64,000 bases of DNA from Bacteroidota bacterium. Its GTDB lineage: Bacteria > Bacteroidota > Bacteroidia > Cytophagales > ES-bin-26. The notes below the pieces were generated by a model. It saw only the letters and a list, made by a program, of their open reading frames with translations. It was not told where the DNA came from and ran no database searches. The stretch covers positions 12,320 to 76,319 of the forward strand of contig JAZKGK010000112.1 of NCBI GenBank assembly GCA_040385915.1. The letters run 5' to 3'. A program made the translations under genes and the position numbers. Of the stretch, positions 54,990-63,951 are shown piece by piece (positions within the stretch are counted from its first letter, which is position 1; each line of letters opens with the position of its first letter).

Positions 54990-56312
54990 ATGTGTAAGTA
55001 TCGTCTTTTTGCACTAGCGCTAAGCTTCTTTGCTTTTCAGACCGTAACGGTTTCAGCTCAAGTGGGCAACCCTTGCGCTACTGCTCAATATGATTCATTA
55101 ATGCAGCACAAAGACCCTACTTGGAAACGGGGGCGACAACTGCTGGAGAGCTTAATTCAAAAGGAAGTTAGCCATATAGCCGCTCGTACCTTTGAGGAAA
55201 CCATTTTCATTCCGGTAGTCGTTCACATTGTTCACCATAATGCTCTAGGTACCATTGGAGGAACGACAAATGCTAATATTACGGACGAGCAAATCCTTTC
55301 CCAAATTCACGTGCTCAATGAGGATTACCGCCGGAAAGAAGGTACGCCAGGATTCAATAAAAATCCAGTGGGAGCGGATGTCAATATTGAATTCTACTTG
55401 GCCAAACGCGATCCGAACGGCCATATTACCAATGGCATTACCCGAGCGTACAGTGAACAGGCAAGCTTCAATCCCGATAATTATCAGGATATTGATTTGC
55501 TCAAGTCTTTTGACTATTGGCCCTCGAACCGTTACCTAAACATCTGGGTAGCTACCTTATCAAACGACTATTTAGGGGCTGCTCAATTTCCCACCGTTCC
55601 CATCGATCCAGCTACCGGTGGAGCCGCGCCAATAGGATTGAGCGCCCGGCAGGCAGACGAAAGCGATGGTATTATGATTAATTCTAAGGCATTTGGTCGC
55701 CAGACCGGAACGGCTATTAGCCCGGTCTATGGCTATGGACGAACGCTCACGCACGAAATAGGGCATTGGTTGGGCTTACTTCATACCTGGGGTGACTATT
55801 TCTGCGGTGACGACTACTGCAATGACACGCCTCCTACCGAATCTGATAACAAAACTAAAGATATCTCCTGCCAAGCTAAATACTCCAATTGTACTGGTCA
55901 AAAAACGAGCAATATGATTGAAAACTACCTGGACTATTCTCCGGATATATGCATGAATATCTTTACGCAAGATCAAAAAGCGCGTATGCGAGCCGTGCTA
56001 GAACTGAGTCCCTTGCGTAAAGCGCTGGTAGAATCTACGCCGAAGGTTGTAGAAGCGGAGCATTTATCCGTCAACCTATTTCCCAACCCTACCGACGAAG
56101 CCATCCATATCAAACCCTTCTTTAAAGGCATTCAGGATGTGCAAGTAGACATCATCAGCTCACAGGGAAAAGCAGTCTCCACCATCGTATTTCCCAATAC
56201 CTACAGTAGTCAATTACTCTCCATTCAGCTTCCCACTTTGGCTAGTGGATTGTATTTTGTTAAGACCAGCACCTCTAAGGAATCGCACGTTAGCAAACTG
56301 GTGGTTCGCTAA
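54990..56312 (+). CDS. Secreted M43 (pappalysin/cytophagalysin-like) zinc metallopeptidase with T9SS C-terminal sorting domain
   Basis: Signal peptide MCKYRLFALALSFFAFQTVTVSAQ. Extended zinc motif HEIGHWLGLLHTW. C-terminus LFPNPTDEAIHIKP...GLYFVKTSTSKESHVSKLVVR. The ORF-track start at 54942 overlaps the AraC gene. Confidence 0.8.
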   Translation: MCKYRLFALALSFFAFQTVTVSAQVGNPCATAQYDSLMQHKDPTWKRGRQLLESLIQKEVSHIAARTFEETIFIPVVVHIVHHNALGTIGGTTNANITDEQILSQIHVLNEDYRRKEGTPGFNKNPVGADVNIEFYLAKRDPNGHITNGITRAYSEQASFNPDNYQDIDLLKSFDYWPSNRYLNIWVATLSNDYLGAAQFPTVPIDPATGGAAPIGLSARQADESDGIMINSKAFGRQTGTAISPVYGYGRTLTHEIGHWLGLLHTWGDYFCGDDYCNDTPPTESDNKTKDISCQAKYSNCTGQKTSNMIENYLDYSPDICMNIFTQDQKARMRAVLELSPLRKALVESTPKVVEAEHLSVNLFPNPTDEAIHIKPFFKGIQDVQVDIISSQGKAVSTIVFPNTYSSQLLSIQLPTLASGLYFVKTSTSKESHVSKLVVR

Positions 56313-56328
56313 AAGTGGTTGTGGCTGT

Positions 56329-57075
56329 TCACTCACTTACGGTCAGGCTATCGGCAACGGGCGGAGGAACCAGCGTGCCTTCCAGTACTTTCCACACGTT
56401 TTCCATGACAATCTTGTGTCCTTCGGCGGTGGGGTGAATACCGTCGGGCAAGTTTAAGGAAGGATGGCCGCCCACGCCTTCTAATAAAAACGGGATTAAA
56501 ATAAGCTGATTTTTTTCGGCCAATTCTCGATAAATGGCTCTGAATTCGGCTGTGTACTGCTGTCCCATATTAGGGGGTATTTGCATACCCGCCAGAATGA
56601 TTTTCACATCCGGATACTTCGCTTTTACCCGGTCAATCATGTCTTGCAGGTTACGCCGGGTAGATTTGGTATCAATGCCCCGCAAACCATCATTTCCCCC
56701 TAATTCCAGCACAAACACATCTATCTTTTGTTTTAACAGCCAATCAATCCGACCCTTACCTCCGGCAGTTGTTTCTCCACTCAAGCCGGCATTAATAACT
56801 CGGTAAGGTAATTTCAACGAATCGATACGCTGCTGAATGAGGGCAGGGAAGGCTTGCGAAAGCTCTAGGCCGTAACCAGCCGTCAGGCTATTGCCAAAGA
56901 AGACAATGGTTTTTTTATCAGAACTAGGGATATCGGTAGGCTTAGTCGCCGTAGTCACTTCTTTGGGAGCCACTTGGCTAATGGAATTAGCAGGCCGCTT
57001 AGGATCACTATTACAGCCACTGAGCAAGCCTATTGTCAGGCAGATAAGGTATTTCATCATTTTGTTAGTCATCAT
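56329..57075 (-). CDS. SGNH/GDSL hydrolase (TesA-like arylesterase/lysophospholipase), lipoprotein-type signal
   Basis: Block I FFGNSLTAGYG, block II/III ELGGNDG and GMQIPPN, block V DGIHP. It is divergent from an ABC ATPase/FtsX-permease pair, as in E. coli tesA-ybbA-ybbP. Confidence 0.85.
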   Translation of the reverse strand: MMTNKMMKYLICLTIGLLSGCNSDPKRPANSISQVAPKEVTTATKPTDIPSSDKKTIVFFGNSLTAGYGLELSQAFPALIQQRIDSLKLPYRVINAGLSGETTAGGKGRIDWLLKQKIDVFVLELGGNDGLRGIDTKSTRRNLQDMIDRVKAKYPDVKIILAGMQIPPNMGQQYTAEFRAIYRELAEKNQLILIPFLLEGVGGHPSLNLPDGIHPTAEGHKIVMENVWKVLEGTLVPPPVADSLTVSE

Positions 57076-57328
57076 CGGGAATCTTCTGATTAATTTCTGG
57101 GATCGAAACGAATGTTTATTTAGTCGGAGTCAATTATTGGAACAATTTTAGTGCCCGCCATCTCGTCTACCTAAACAAGTTCTATGGTTTTAAAGTTGTG
57201 AGATTGCTGGCAGTTTATCAAGTCCTTGGCAAATTTACTCATAAACTCATCTAAGTCGTAGGCAGGGGTTGCTCCCGGCGAACTGATCAAATCATTTACT
57301 TCACCAAGTCTTTCATCTCTTTTTTCGC

Positions 57329-58042
57329 ATGACCAACATCCTTCACGTCAGCAATTTAAGTAAGTCTTATCAGTCAGGAGGCCGAATGCTTACCGTGCTT
57401 CACGACGTCAATTTCACGCTCAATGCAGGCGATACCTTTGCTATTGTGGGGCCTTCGGGCAGCGGCAAAACTACATTGCTGGGGCTTTGCGCTGGTCTAG
57501 ACCGTGCTACGACGGGCAGTGTAGAACTCAACGGCGTAAAATTGGACAAGCTAAACGAAGACGAACGGGCGCGGGTGCGCAATCAGTATGTAGGGTTCAT
57601 TTTTCAGAATTTCCAACTTATTCCTACCCTAACGGCGCTGGAAAATGTGATGGTGCCGTTGGAGTTACGAGGGGAACGCAATGTAAAGAAGCAAGCCCTG
57701 GAACTGCTCGACCGTGTGGGTCTGGCCGACCGTCAGCACCACTATACCGTTCAGTTATCGGGCGGCGAACAGCAACGGGTATCGGTGGCGCGCGCTTTCT
57801 CCAATCGGCCCAAAATCCTCTTCGCCGACGAACCTACGGGCAACCTGGATGCCGAAACCAGTGAAAAAGTAGTGAACCTGATTTTTGACCTTAACCGGGA
57901 ATCGGGCACCACGCTCGTGCTGGTAACGCACGACCTGGAACTGGCCGAAAAAACCGGACGAATTATCCGCATCAAAGGCGGCGCTATTATCTCGGACACG
58001 GCTAAGTTTAGAAGTTTGGGAGTTGAGGAGTTTGGAAGTTGA
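57329..58042 (+). CDS. ABC transporter ATP-binding protein (YbbA/LolD/MacB-type)
   Basis: Walker A GPSGSGKTT, Q-loop, signature LSGGEQQR, Walker B ILFADEPTGNLD, H-loop VTHD. The last 12 codons (AKFRSLGVEEFGS) are supplied by the left arm of the inverted repeat at 58006-58035. Confidence 0.9.
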   Translation: MTNILHVSNLSKSYQSGGRMLTVLHDVNFTLNAGDTFAIVGPSGSGKTTLLGLCAGLDRATTGSVELNGVKLDKLNEDERARVRNQYVGFIFQNFQLIPTLTALENVMVPLELRGERNVKKQALELLDRVGLADRQHHYTVQLSGGEQQRVSVARAFSNRPKILFADEPTGNLDAETSEKVVNLIFDLNRESGTTLVLVTHDLELAEKTGRIIRIKGGAIISDTAKFRSLGVEEFGS

Positions 58043-58112
58043 AGCTTTTGGGGTTAACCTAACTTTCATAGATCCTCCACTCCCAAACTCCTCAACTCTC
58101 AAACTTCTAAAC
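58006..58112. repeat. 107-bp inverted-repeat element (30-bp arms, 46-nt spacer) bridging the ABC ATPase stop and the permease start
   Basis: The left arm gtttagaagtttgggagttgaggagtttgg (58006-58035) matches the reverse complement of 58083-58112 at 29/30 positions. The single mismatch is a G-U pair in RNA. Confidence 0.85.
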
Positions 58113-58127
58113 TCCTCAACTTAACTA

Positions 58128-60719
58128 ATGGATGCCATTATCCGCGTAGAACCTACTAAATTGAACCTTCCCTGGCTTTTTCGGATGGCTTGGCGCGATA
58201 GTCGCCGCAACCGTCCGCGCCTGATATTGTTTGTTTCATCCATCATCCTGGGTATTGCGGCACTGGTAGCCATCAATTCGTTTAGCGATAATCTCCGCCA
58301 TGATATGGAGGGTCAAGCCAAGGAGTTGCTTGGTGCTGACCTCGTTATTTATCAAAACCAGGCTGCTTCTACGACAGTCAAATCCTTGCTGGATTCGCTT
58401 AAAGAAAAGAATCCGGGCTCGCAGTTTTCTTCCGAAAACAGTTTTGCCTCCATGGCTCTTTTTCCAAAAAGCAAGAATCGGGTATCGGGTGGTACACGAT
58501 TGGTTCAGATAAAAGCATTGGAAGGTAATTTCCCTTATTATGGCGCCATTGAAACCATTCCCCGAAATGCCAGCAGACAGTTCAGAAACGGACAGAAAGC
58601 CTTGGTAGATCAGACGTTGATGCTTCAGTTCAATATGAAAGTAGGCGATTCGGTGAAGGTCGGCAACCTTAGTTTTCTGATTGCTGGGAGAGTAAATAAA
58701 GCCCCTGGACAGTCGGGCATTGCCGCCACGGTCGCTCCTTCGATATACATTCCAATGGATTACCTGAAGCAAACCGGCCTGATTCAGCCAGGCAGCCGGA
58801 TTAACTACAAGTATTATTTTAAGTTTGACAACAAAGTAGCAGTAGAGAAGTTGGCAAAGGACATGGAACCCCGTTTCGACAAAGAAGGAATGACCTATGA
58901 AACGGTGGAGGGGCGTAAAGCAACCATTGGTAATGCTTTTGCTAACCTAAGTCGCTTTCTGAACCTGGTAGGCTTCGTGGCCTTGTTGCTGGGTTGTGTG
59001 GGCGTGGCCAGTGCTGTACACATTTACATGAAAGAGAAACTCGCTACGGTAGCTATTCTCCGCTGTCTCGGTGCCAAAGGTTCGCAAGCCTTCATCATTT
59101 ATCTGATTCAGCTCACCACGATGGGATTCATCGGATCGGTGTTAGGCGCTTTGCTGGGTAGTGCTATTCAGTGGGTGCTGCCCCAGGTGCTGGGCGATTT
59201 CCTACCCATAGACATCAGTCTGTCTCTTTCCTGGCATGCGATTGGGGGAGGAATTTTGCTGGGCATGGTCGTTTCTTTGCTGTTTGCCTTATTGCCACTC
59301 CTTTCGGTTCGTAACATCTCTCCTTTAAATACCCTGCGTGCCTCCTACGAAACCATAACCACGCGCCGCGATCCGCTGCGATGGTTGGTATTCCTCGCCA
59401 TTGGACTATTTGTCATGGGCTTTGCTTACTGGCAAATCCGTAATTGGCGCGAATCACTCGCCTTTACCGTCGTGCTGTTGCTATCGTTTATGGTGCTGGC
59501 GGGCGTTGCTGCTTTGCTGATGTGGCTGGTCAGAAAGTTTTTTCCGGTATCGTGGAGTTTCTTATGGCGACAAAGCCTGGCTAACCTGTACCGACCCAAT
59601 AACCAAACGCTTATTCTGATCGTGGCTATTGGCCTGGGCACTACGCTGATTACAACGCTGTATTTTGTGCAAAGCCTGCTCATTAGTCAGGTAACCATTG
59701 CCGGAAGCAATAATCAGCCGAATATGATTTTGTTCGACATTCAAGCCTCTCAGAAAGAGCAGGTAGCCAAATTTGCCACGGATTACAAACTCCCACTCCT
59801 TCAACAAGTCCCCATCGTGACGATGCGGCTGGAGGAAATGAACGGAAAAACGGCAGAGGAAATTCGTGCGGATAGCACGTCCAAAATCCCGGATTGGGCA
59901 TTTAACCGCGAATACCGCGCAACCTACCGAGATACGCTCATTAGTTCAGAAACCGTTACGGAAGGAACCTGGCGCGGTTCCGTTCAATCGCCCAACGACA
60001 CGGTTTTCATTTCGCTGGAAGACCGCTACGCCACATCTTTGAAAGTGAAGCTGGGCGACCAACTTACGTTCAATGTGCAAGGCACCCGTGTAAATACCGT
60101 TGTCAGCAGTTTCCGAAAAGTGCAGTGGAATCGGGTACAAAGTAATTTTCTGGTGGTGTTTCCGAAAGGCGTATTAGAAGAAGCGCCGCAGTTTTATGTG
60201 CTAGTTACCCGCACGCCCTCCGACAAAGTATCGGCACAATTTCAGGAAGGATTAGTGATGAACTTCCCCAATATTTCCGTCATTGACCTAAAACTGATCC
60301 TGAGTACCTTAGACGAAATTCTGGACAAGGTATCATTCGTCATTCGCTTTATGGCCTTGTTCAGCATCCTGACGGGATTATTGGTCTTAGTAGGATCGGT
60401 CATTATCAGCAAATACCAACGCATTCAGGAGAGTGTACTGCTCCGAACCCTGGGTGCCAGTCGCCGGCAAATCCTGGTTATCACCGCGTTGGAATACTTT
60501 TTTCTGGGCAGCCTGGCAGCCGCTACCGGGATTTTGCTGTCCTTTGGTTGCAGTTGGGCTTTGGCTCGGTTCAGCTTCGAGAGCAGTTTTGCGCCTGCCA
60601 TGACCCCAGCACTGATTGTATTCGCTGCCGTCTCTTCCCTAACAGTCATCATTGGTCTGTTCAATAGCCGAAGCATCCTAAACCGCCCACCATTAGAGAT
60701 TCTGCGGACGGAGGTGTGA
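58128..60719 (+). CDS. ABC transporter permease with duplicated FtsX/MacB-type domains (YbbP-like)
   Basis: 863 aa. Two repeats of TM1, a large extracytoplasmic loop, then 3 TM segments, e.g. FLNLVGFVALLLGCVGVASA... and FMALFSILTGLLVLVGSVII... Conserved LR(C/T)LGA(K/S) motifs occur in both halves. Confidence 0.85.
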   Translation: MDAIIRVEPTKLNLPWLFRMAWRDSRRNRPRLILFVSSIILGIAALVAINSFSDNLRHDMEGQAKELLGADLVIYQNQAASTTVKSLLDSLKEKNPGSQFSSENSFASMALFPKSKNRVSGGTRLVQIKALEGNFPYYGAIETIPRNASRQFRNGQKALVDQTLMLQFNMKVGDSVKVGNLSFLIAGRVNKAPGQSGIAATVAPSIYIPMDYLKQTGLIQPGSRINYKYYFKFDNKVAVEKLAKDMEPRFDKEGMTYETVEGRKATIGNAFANLSRFLNLVGFVALLLGCVGVASAVHIYMKEKLATVAILRCLGAKGSQAFIIYLIQLTTMGFIGSVLGALLGSAIQWVLPQVLGDFLPIDISLSLSWHAIGGGILLGMVVSLLFALLPLLSVRNISPLNTLRASYETITTRRDPLRWLVFLAIGLFVMGFAYWQIRNWRESLAFTVVLLLSFMVLAGVAALLMWLVRKFFPVSWSFLWRQSLANLYRPNNQTLILIVAIGLGTTLITTLYFVQSLLISQVTIAGSNNQPNMILFDIQASQKEQVAKFATDYKLPLLQQVPIVTMRLEEMNGKTAEEIRADSTSKIPDWAFNREYRATYRDTLISSETVTEGTWRGSVQSPNDTVFISLEDRYATSLKVKLGDQLTFNVQGTRVNTVVSSFRKVQWNRVQSNFLVVFPKGVLEEAPQFYVLVTRTPSDKVSAQFQEGLVMNFPNISVIDLKLILSTLDEILDKVSFVIRFMALFSILTGLLVLVGSVIISKYQRIQESVLLRTLGASRRQILVITALEYFFLGSLAAATGILLSFGCSWALARFSFESSFAPAMTPALIVFAAVSSLTVIIGLFNSRSILNRPPLEILRTEV

Positions 60720-60869
60720 GGTAGGTAGTCAGTTGAAAACGCCGCTTGTATACTGATAGATAGGTACATTAGTGTGCAGCAAAAAGGCTAGAAATGTTAG
60801 AATGTTGGCAACTAAGATGGGTGTATTCATGGCTTTTGGATATACAAAGGTAGGGGGCAGGGCTTGACC

Positions 60870-61172
60870 CTACGAATTACGGAATAGCTTAACATCGGCA
60901 TAAAACGTTCCGAAGGGAATAAGGGAAGCCACAAAGGCTACTAAGGTTTTGGAGATCGACCACTGCATTTCCACCTTTACTTGAATGAGGTACAAAATAT
61001 AAAGTAGGAAAAGTAAGCCATGAACCATTCCGGTTACTTTAACGGCTTCTGGTTGCCCTGCCAGGTATTTCAAAGGCATAGCAATCCCTAACAAGAAAAG
61101 AAAGGAGGTGCCTTCCAGGAAACCAACGATCCGTAGCCGTCCAAGGGAAGTTTTAAGTAGATTGTCTTTCAT
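60870..61172 (-). CDS. DUF3817-family small membrane protein
   Basis: 100 aa, 3-4 TM segments. GRLRIVGFLEGTSFLFLLGIAMPLKY...GMVHGLLFLLY is typical of DUF3817. Confidence 0.65.
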   Translation of the reverse strand: MKDNLLKTSLGRLRIVGFLEGTSFLFLLGIAMPLKYLAGQPEAVKVTGMVHGLLFLLYILYLIQVKVEMQWSISKTLVAFVASLIPFGTFYADVKLFRNS

Positions 61173-61209
61173 GGATGCAAGATAATAAAGGTGGTGAATA
61201 GTAAAATTC

Positions 61210-61228
61210 GCCTTTTTTCTAAAAAGGC
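61210..61228 (-). terminator. Short hairpin terminator candidate after the McrB-like gene
   Basis: gccttttt / tct / aaaaaggc forms an 8-bp stem. On the minus strand it is followed by GAATTTTAC. It sits 33 nt after the stop at 61261. Confidence 0.4.
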
Positions 61229-61260
61229 CTGAAGAGAGGGAAAAGATATTGAGCTAACCA

Positions 61261-62874
61261 TTACTTTTCATAAATTTTAACGACTGCCTGTAAAAAGGCT
61301 TCATCGCTCATTTGCTGCATTTTATGCAGGGGCGCAGATTGATAATCAGTCCAGTCTTCCCGCACTTCGTAATGCGAGGGAGCCCAGTCCGATTCGGCGA
61401 AGAAAGAGGCATTCCGGTCTGGAGTCTCCATTTTCTTATCAAAAAACGCTTCTCCAATCACCAGCTCCATCTTGCCTTCGTGTCCGAAAAAATACTCTTG
61501 TAGCAGCGGAATAAGCCGATTCTGAAAAATGCTTTTCAGGCCCTGTATATCCGACGCATCCGCTAGGGTAAGAAAATAGGCATGGCCGATGGCATAGTCT
61601 TTCCCAAGCAGTTTGCTAATGCGTCGGTTCATGGCTTTCAACATCCGGGCAATGTTCGGCACTGTATGTAGACCAAATTTCTCTTCTAAAAGGGCGTAGT
61701 CAGGAGCCATTTCTACGAACACAAACCGGCGGCGCAGAGCAGTATCCAGCGATTCTACATTCCGATCCGCCGTGTTCATTGTGCCAATAATGTATAAGTT
61801 GGGTGGCACTGTGAAGGCCGTTTTGGAATACGGTAGCTGCACTGTTAGGGCTTCTGAACGGCCACCCCGTTTGTCTGCCTCAATCAGCGTGATCAGTTCG
61901 CCAAAGATTTGGGAAATGTTGCCCCGATTTATTTCGTCGATGACAAGCGCGTATCGGGTGGCATTTTCCAGGCTTTCCGGCTTCACTTTCGACCAATCCA
62001 AGCTTTCGGTAGCCTGAGCCATGGTAGCATAACTTAGCGCTTCTTGCGCTTCAATCACGCTTTGTTCGGCTTCGGCAAGTTGGCTGCCAGTAGCGATTTC
62101 AAGGCTTTTTTCAAATTCTTTCAGCTCATTAAAAGCGGTCCAATACAGTGTCGTATTCCCACCACCAATTACCTGGCTAATATCGGATGAAAGCCGGCGA
62201 ATTTCTTCAATGTGGGCATACATTTGGTACAGTTTGCGAAGCTTATTGCGCGTAACTACGTAACGGTTACCACGCAAGCCGGTAGCCATCAGCAAATTTC
62301 CTTTCGCATTTACCGACAGCAAAGCTACCTCCCGCTGCCGCTTGGACGGATAACTCACGTCCACTTTGCGCTTCAACAGGTTCATTTGCTCGGCCATAAA
62401 GGCTACGTACAATTCATCAAAATCAGGCTTATGGCGCTTTTCTGCCAACTCAGGCCAGGCTGACAACGGAGTTATTTCGGCCTGACAAATGGCATAGGTA
62501 GCCAGAATACACATCCGCTTAAAAATGCCGTCTTCCAACACGTAACGCAGTTGAGGAATATCACGCGGTTGCTTGCCTAAGGTAGTGCCAACTTCTGCCC
62601 GATCGTGACTAAGCTCGGGCTTGATGCCTTCAATAAAATCTTCGTAGGTAAATGATTGGTGAAACGTAACAAACTGAATACGACCTTCGTCCGACAGTTT
62701 TTGATAGGTCTGATTAATCTCTTCGCGGTCGGTTTCCAGCAGTACTTCCGGCTTTACTCCCCGAATGGCAGCCAGGGCGTAGTTTTTAGCATAATATGTT
62801 TTGCCGGTGCCGGGTGGCCCGTATAAAATCAGGTTGGTATGAGGATAAGTAAAGGAGTTTATCTGTTTAAGCGT
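61261..62874 (-). pseudogene. McrB-type AAA+ (GTPase) restriction-subunit homolog, 5'-truncated or lacking a canonical start; no McrC partner
   Basis: The frame is open from the TAA at 62875-62877 to 61261. Walker A NLILYGPPGTGKT is at about 62797-62835, followed by FHQSFTYEDFIEG, Walker B ALVIDEINRGN and the McrB signature IIGTMNTADRNVESLDTALRRRFVFVEM. The first ATG/GTG/TTG in frame is the GTG at 62541, which is downstream of Walker A. Only 16 codons precede the P-loop strand. Confidence 0.6.
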
Positions 62875-62925
62875 TTATGGGTACGTAACCTATTAAAAAA
62901 TACCCTATTAAAAAAATAAAAAATG

Positions 62926-63951
62926 TCAGAGTGAGTTTCTACGGATAAGCGTAAAAGGGTTTTTTAGCTTAGTTTTCTCTTTATCCATAATCATATGAGC
63001 AGCTGTTTCGCCCATTTTCTCGTGGTCAGTTGAAATAACCGTGATGCCATCGGCCAGAATTTCCTTCAGCGGCGTGTCATTATAAGACAGTAACCCAATA
63101 TCATGGCCCAATTTCATTCCATTCGTCCGGCACTTCTTCACTAGGTTGACCAGGTCCGACTCCTCAATCACAATATAGGCTTCTTTGGAACGCAGTTCAG
63201 TATTATTATTGATTTCGGGAATGATGGCGTAGTCGAAACAAGCCTCCTTGCAAAAATTATTGAAGCCGGCAACAATCTCGCGCGGGTACGGATTACTCGC
63301 AGAATAAGGATCGACCAGGATTAGCTTACTGTATTTTCGCAGCAAATCCATTCCCGAATGCAGTGCCTGATGAATATCAATTTCGAAATCCTGGTAAACC
63401 GCTGCGTATTCACCCTCCAGGCGTTTAAAGTCCTTGTCCAGCAACAGCAGCTTATCTTTCGGAATTTTATTGATGGTGCGGGCAACCAGATCCAGGGAAT
63501 CGTAGAAATGCGGCATGATAGCATAGTAATGGTAGTTACCCAAGTTATTGACAATCAGGCTTTCAAATACCTTGGGATTGCTATGATGGATGTGCAGGTC
63601 GACCACGCAACGATCGCCCAACGTGTTGACAAAGGTGTGGTAAATCGTTTTTTTGTACGCACTAAGTTTATTGAAAAGCAATAATACCCGGAAAGGATTT
63701 TTCAAATCAACCCGGTCAATATAATAGCCTTTGCCGCGCACGGAGGCCACAATGCCCCGTTCCCGCAACTCTGTATAGGCTTTTTCTACGGTATCTCTCG
63801 ACAAATAATACTCTTCGCTCAGTTCATTGATAGAAGGAATACGCTGGCCTCGTTTCAGGGTTCCTCCTTCTATTTCGGCAATGATCGAATTAATGACCTG
63901 CTTATATTTGGGCGTCTTGTCGTTGAATCGAATATTGATAAATGTTTCCAT
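62926..63951 (-). CDS. GntR-family regulator with LacI/periplasmic-binding-protein-type sugar-binding domain
   Basis: Winged HTH KYKQVINSIIAEIEGGTLKRGQRIPSINELSEEYYLSRDTVEKAYTELRERGIVASVRGKGYYI, followed by an alternating alpha/beta ligand-binding domain of about 250 aa. The likely start is METFINIRF at 63951; the ORF track gives 63990. Confidence 0.8.
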   Translation of the reverse strand: METFINIRFNDKTPKYKQVINSIIAEIEGGTLKRGQRIPSINELSEEYYLSRDTVEKAYTELRERGIVASVRGKGYYIDRVDLKNPFRVLLLFNKLSAYKKTIYHTFVNTLGDRCVVDLHIHHSNPKVFESLIVNNLGNYHYYAIMPHFYDSLDLVARTINKIPKDKLLLLDKDFKRLEGEYAAVYQDFEIDIHQALHSGMDLLRKYSKLILVDPYSASNPYPREIVAGFNNFCKEACFDYAIIPEINNNTELRSKEAYIVIEESDLVNLVKKCRTNGMKLGHDIGLLSYNDTPLKEILADGITVISTDHEKMGETAAHMIMDKEKTKLKNPFTLIRRNSL

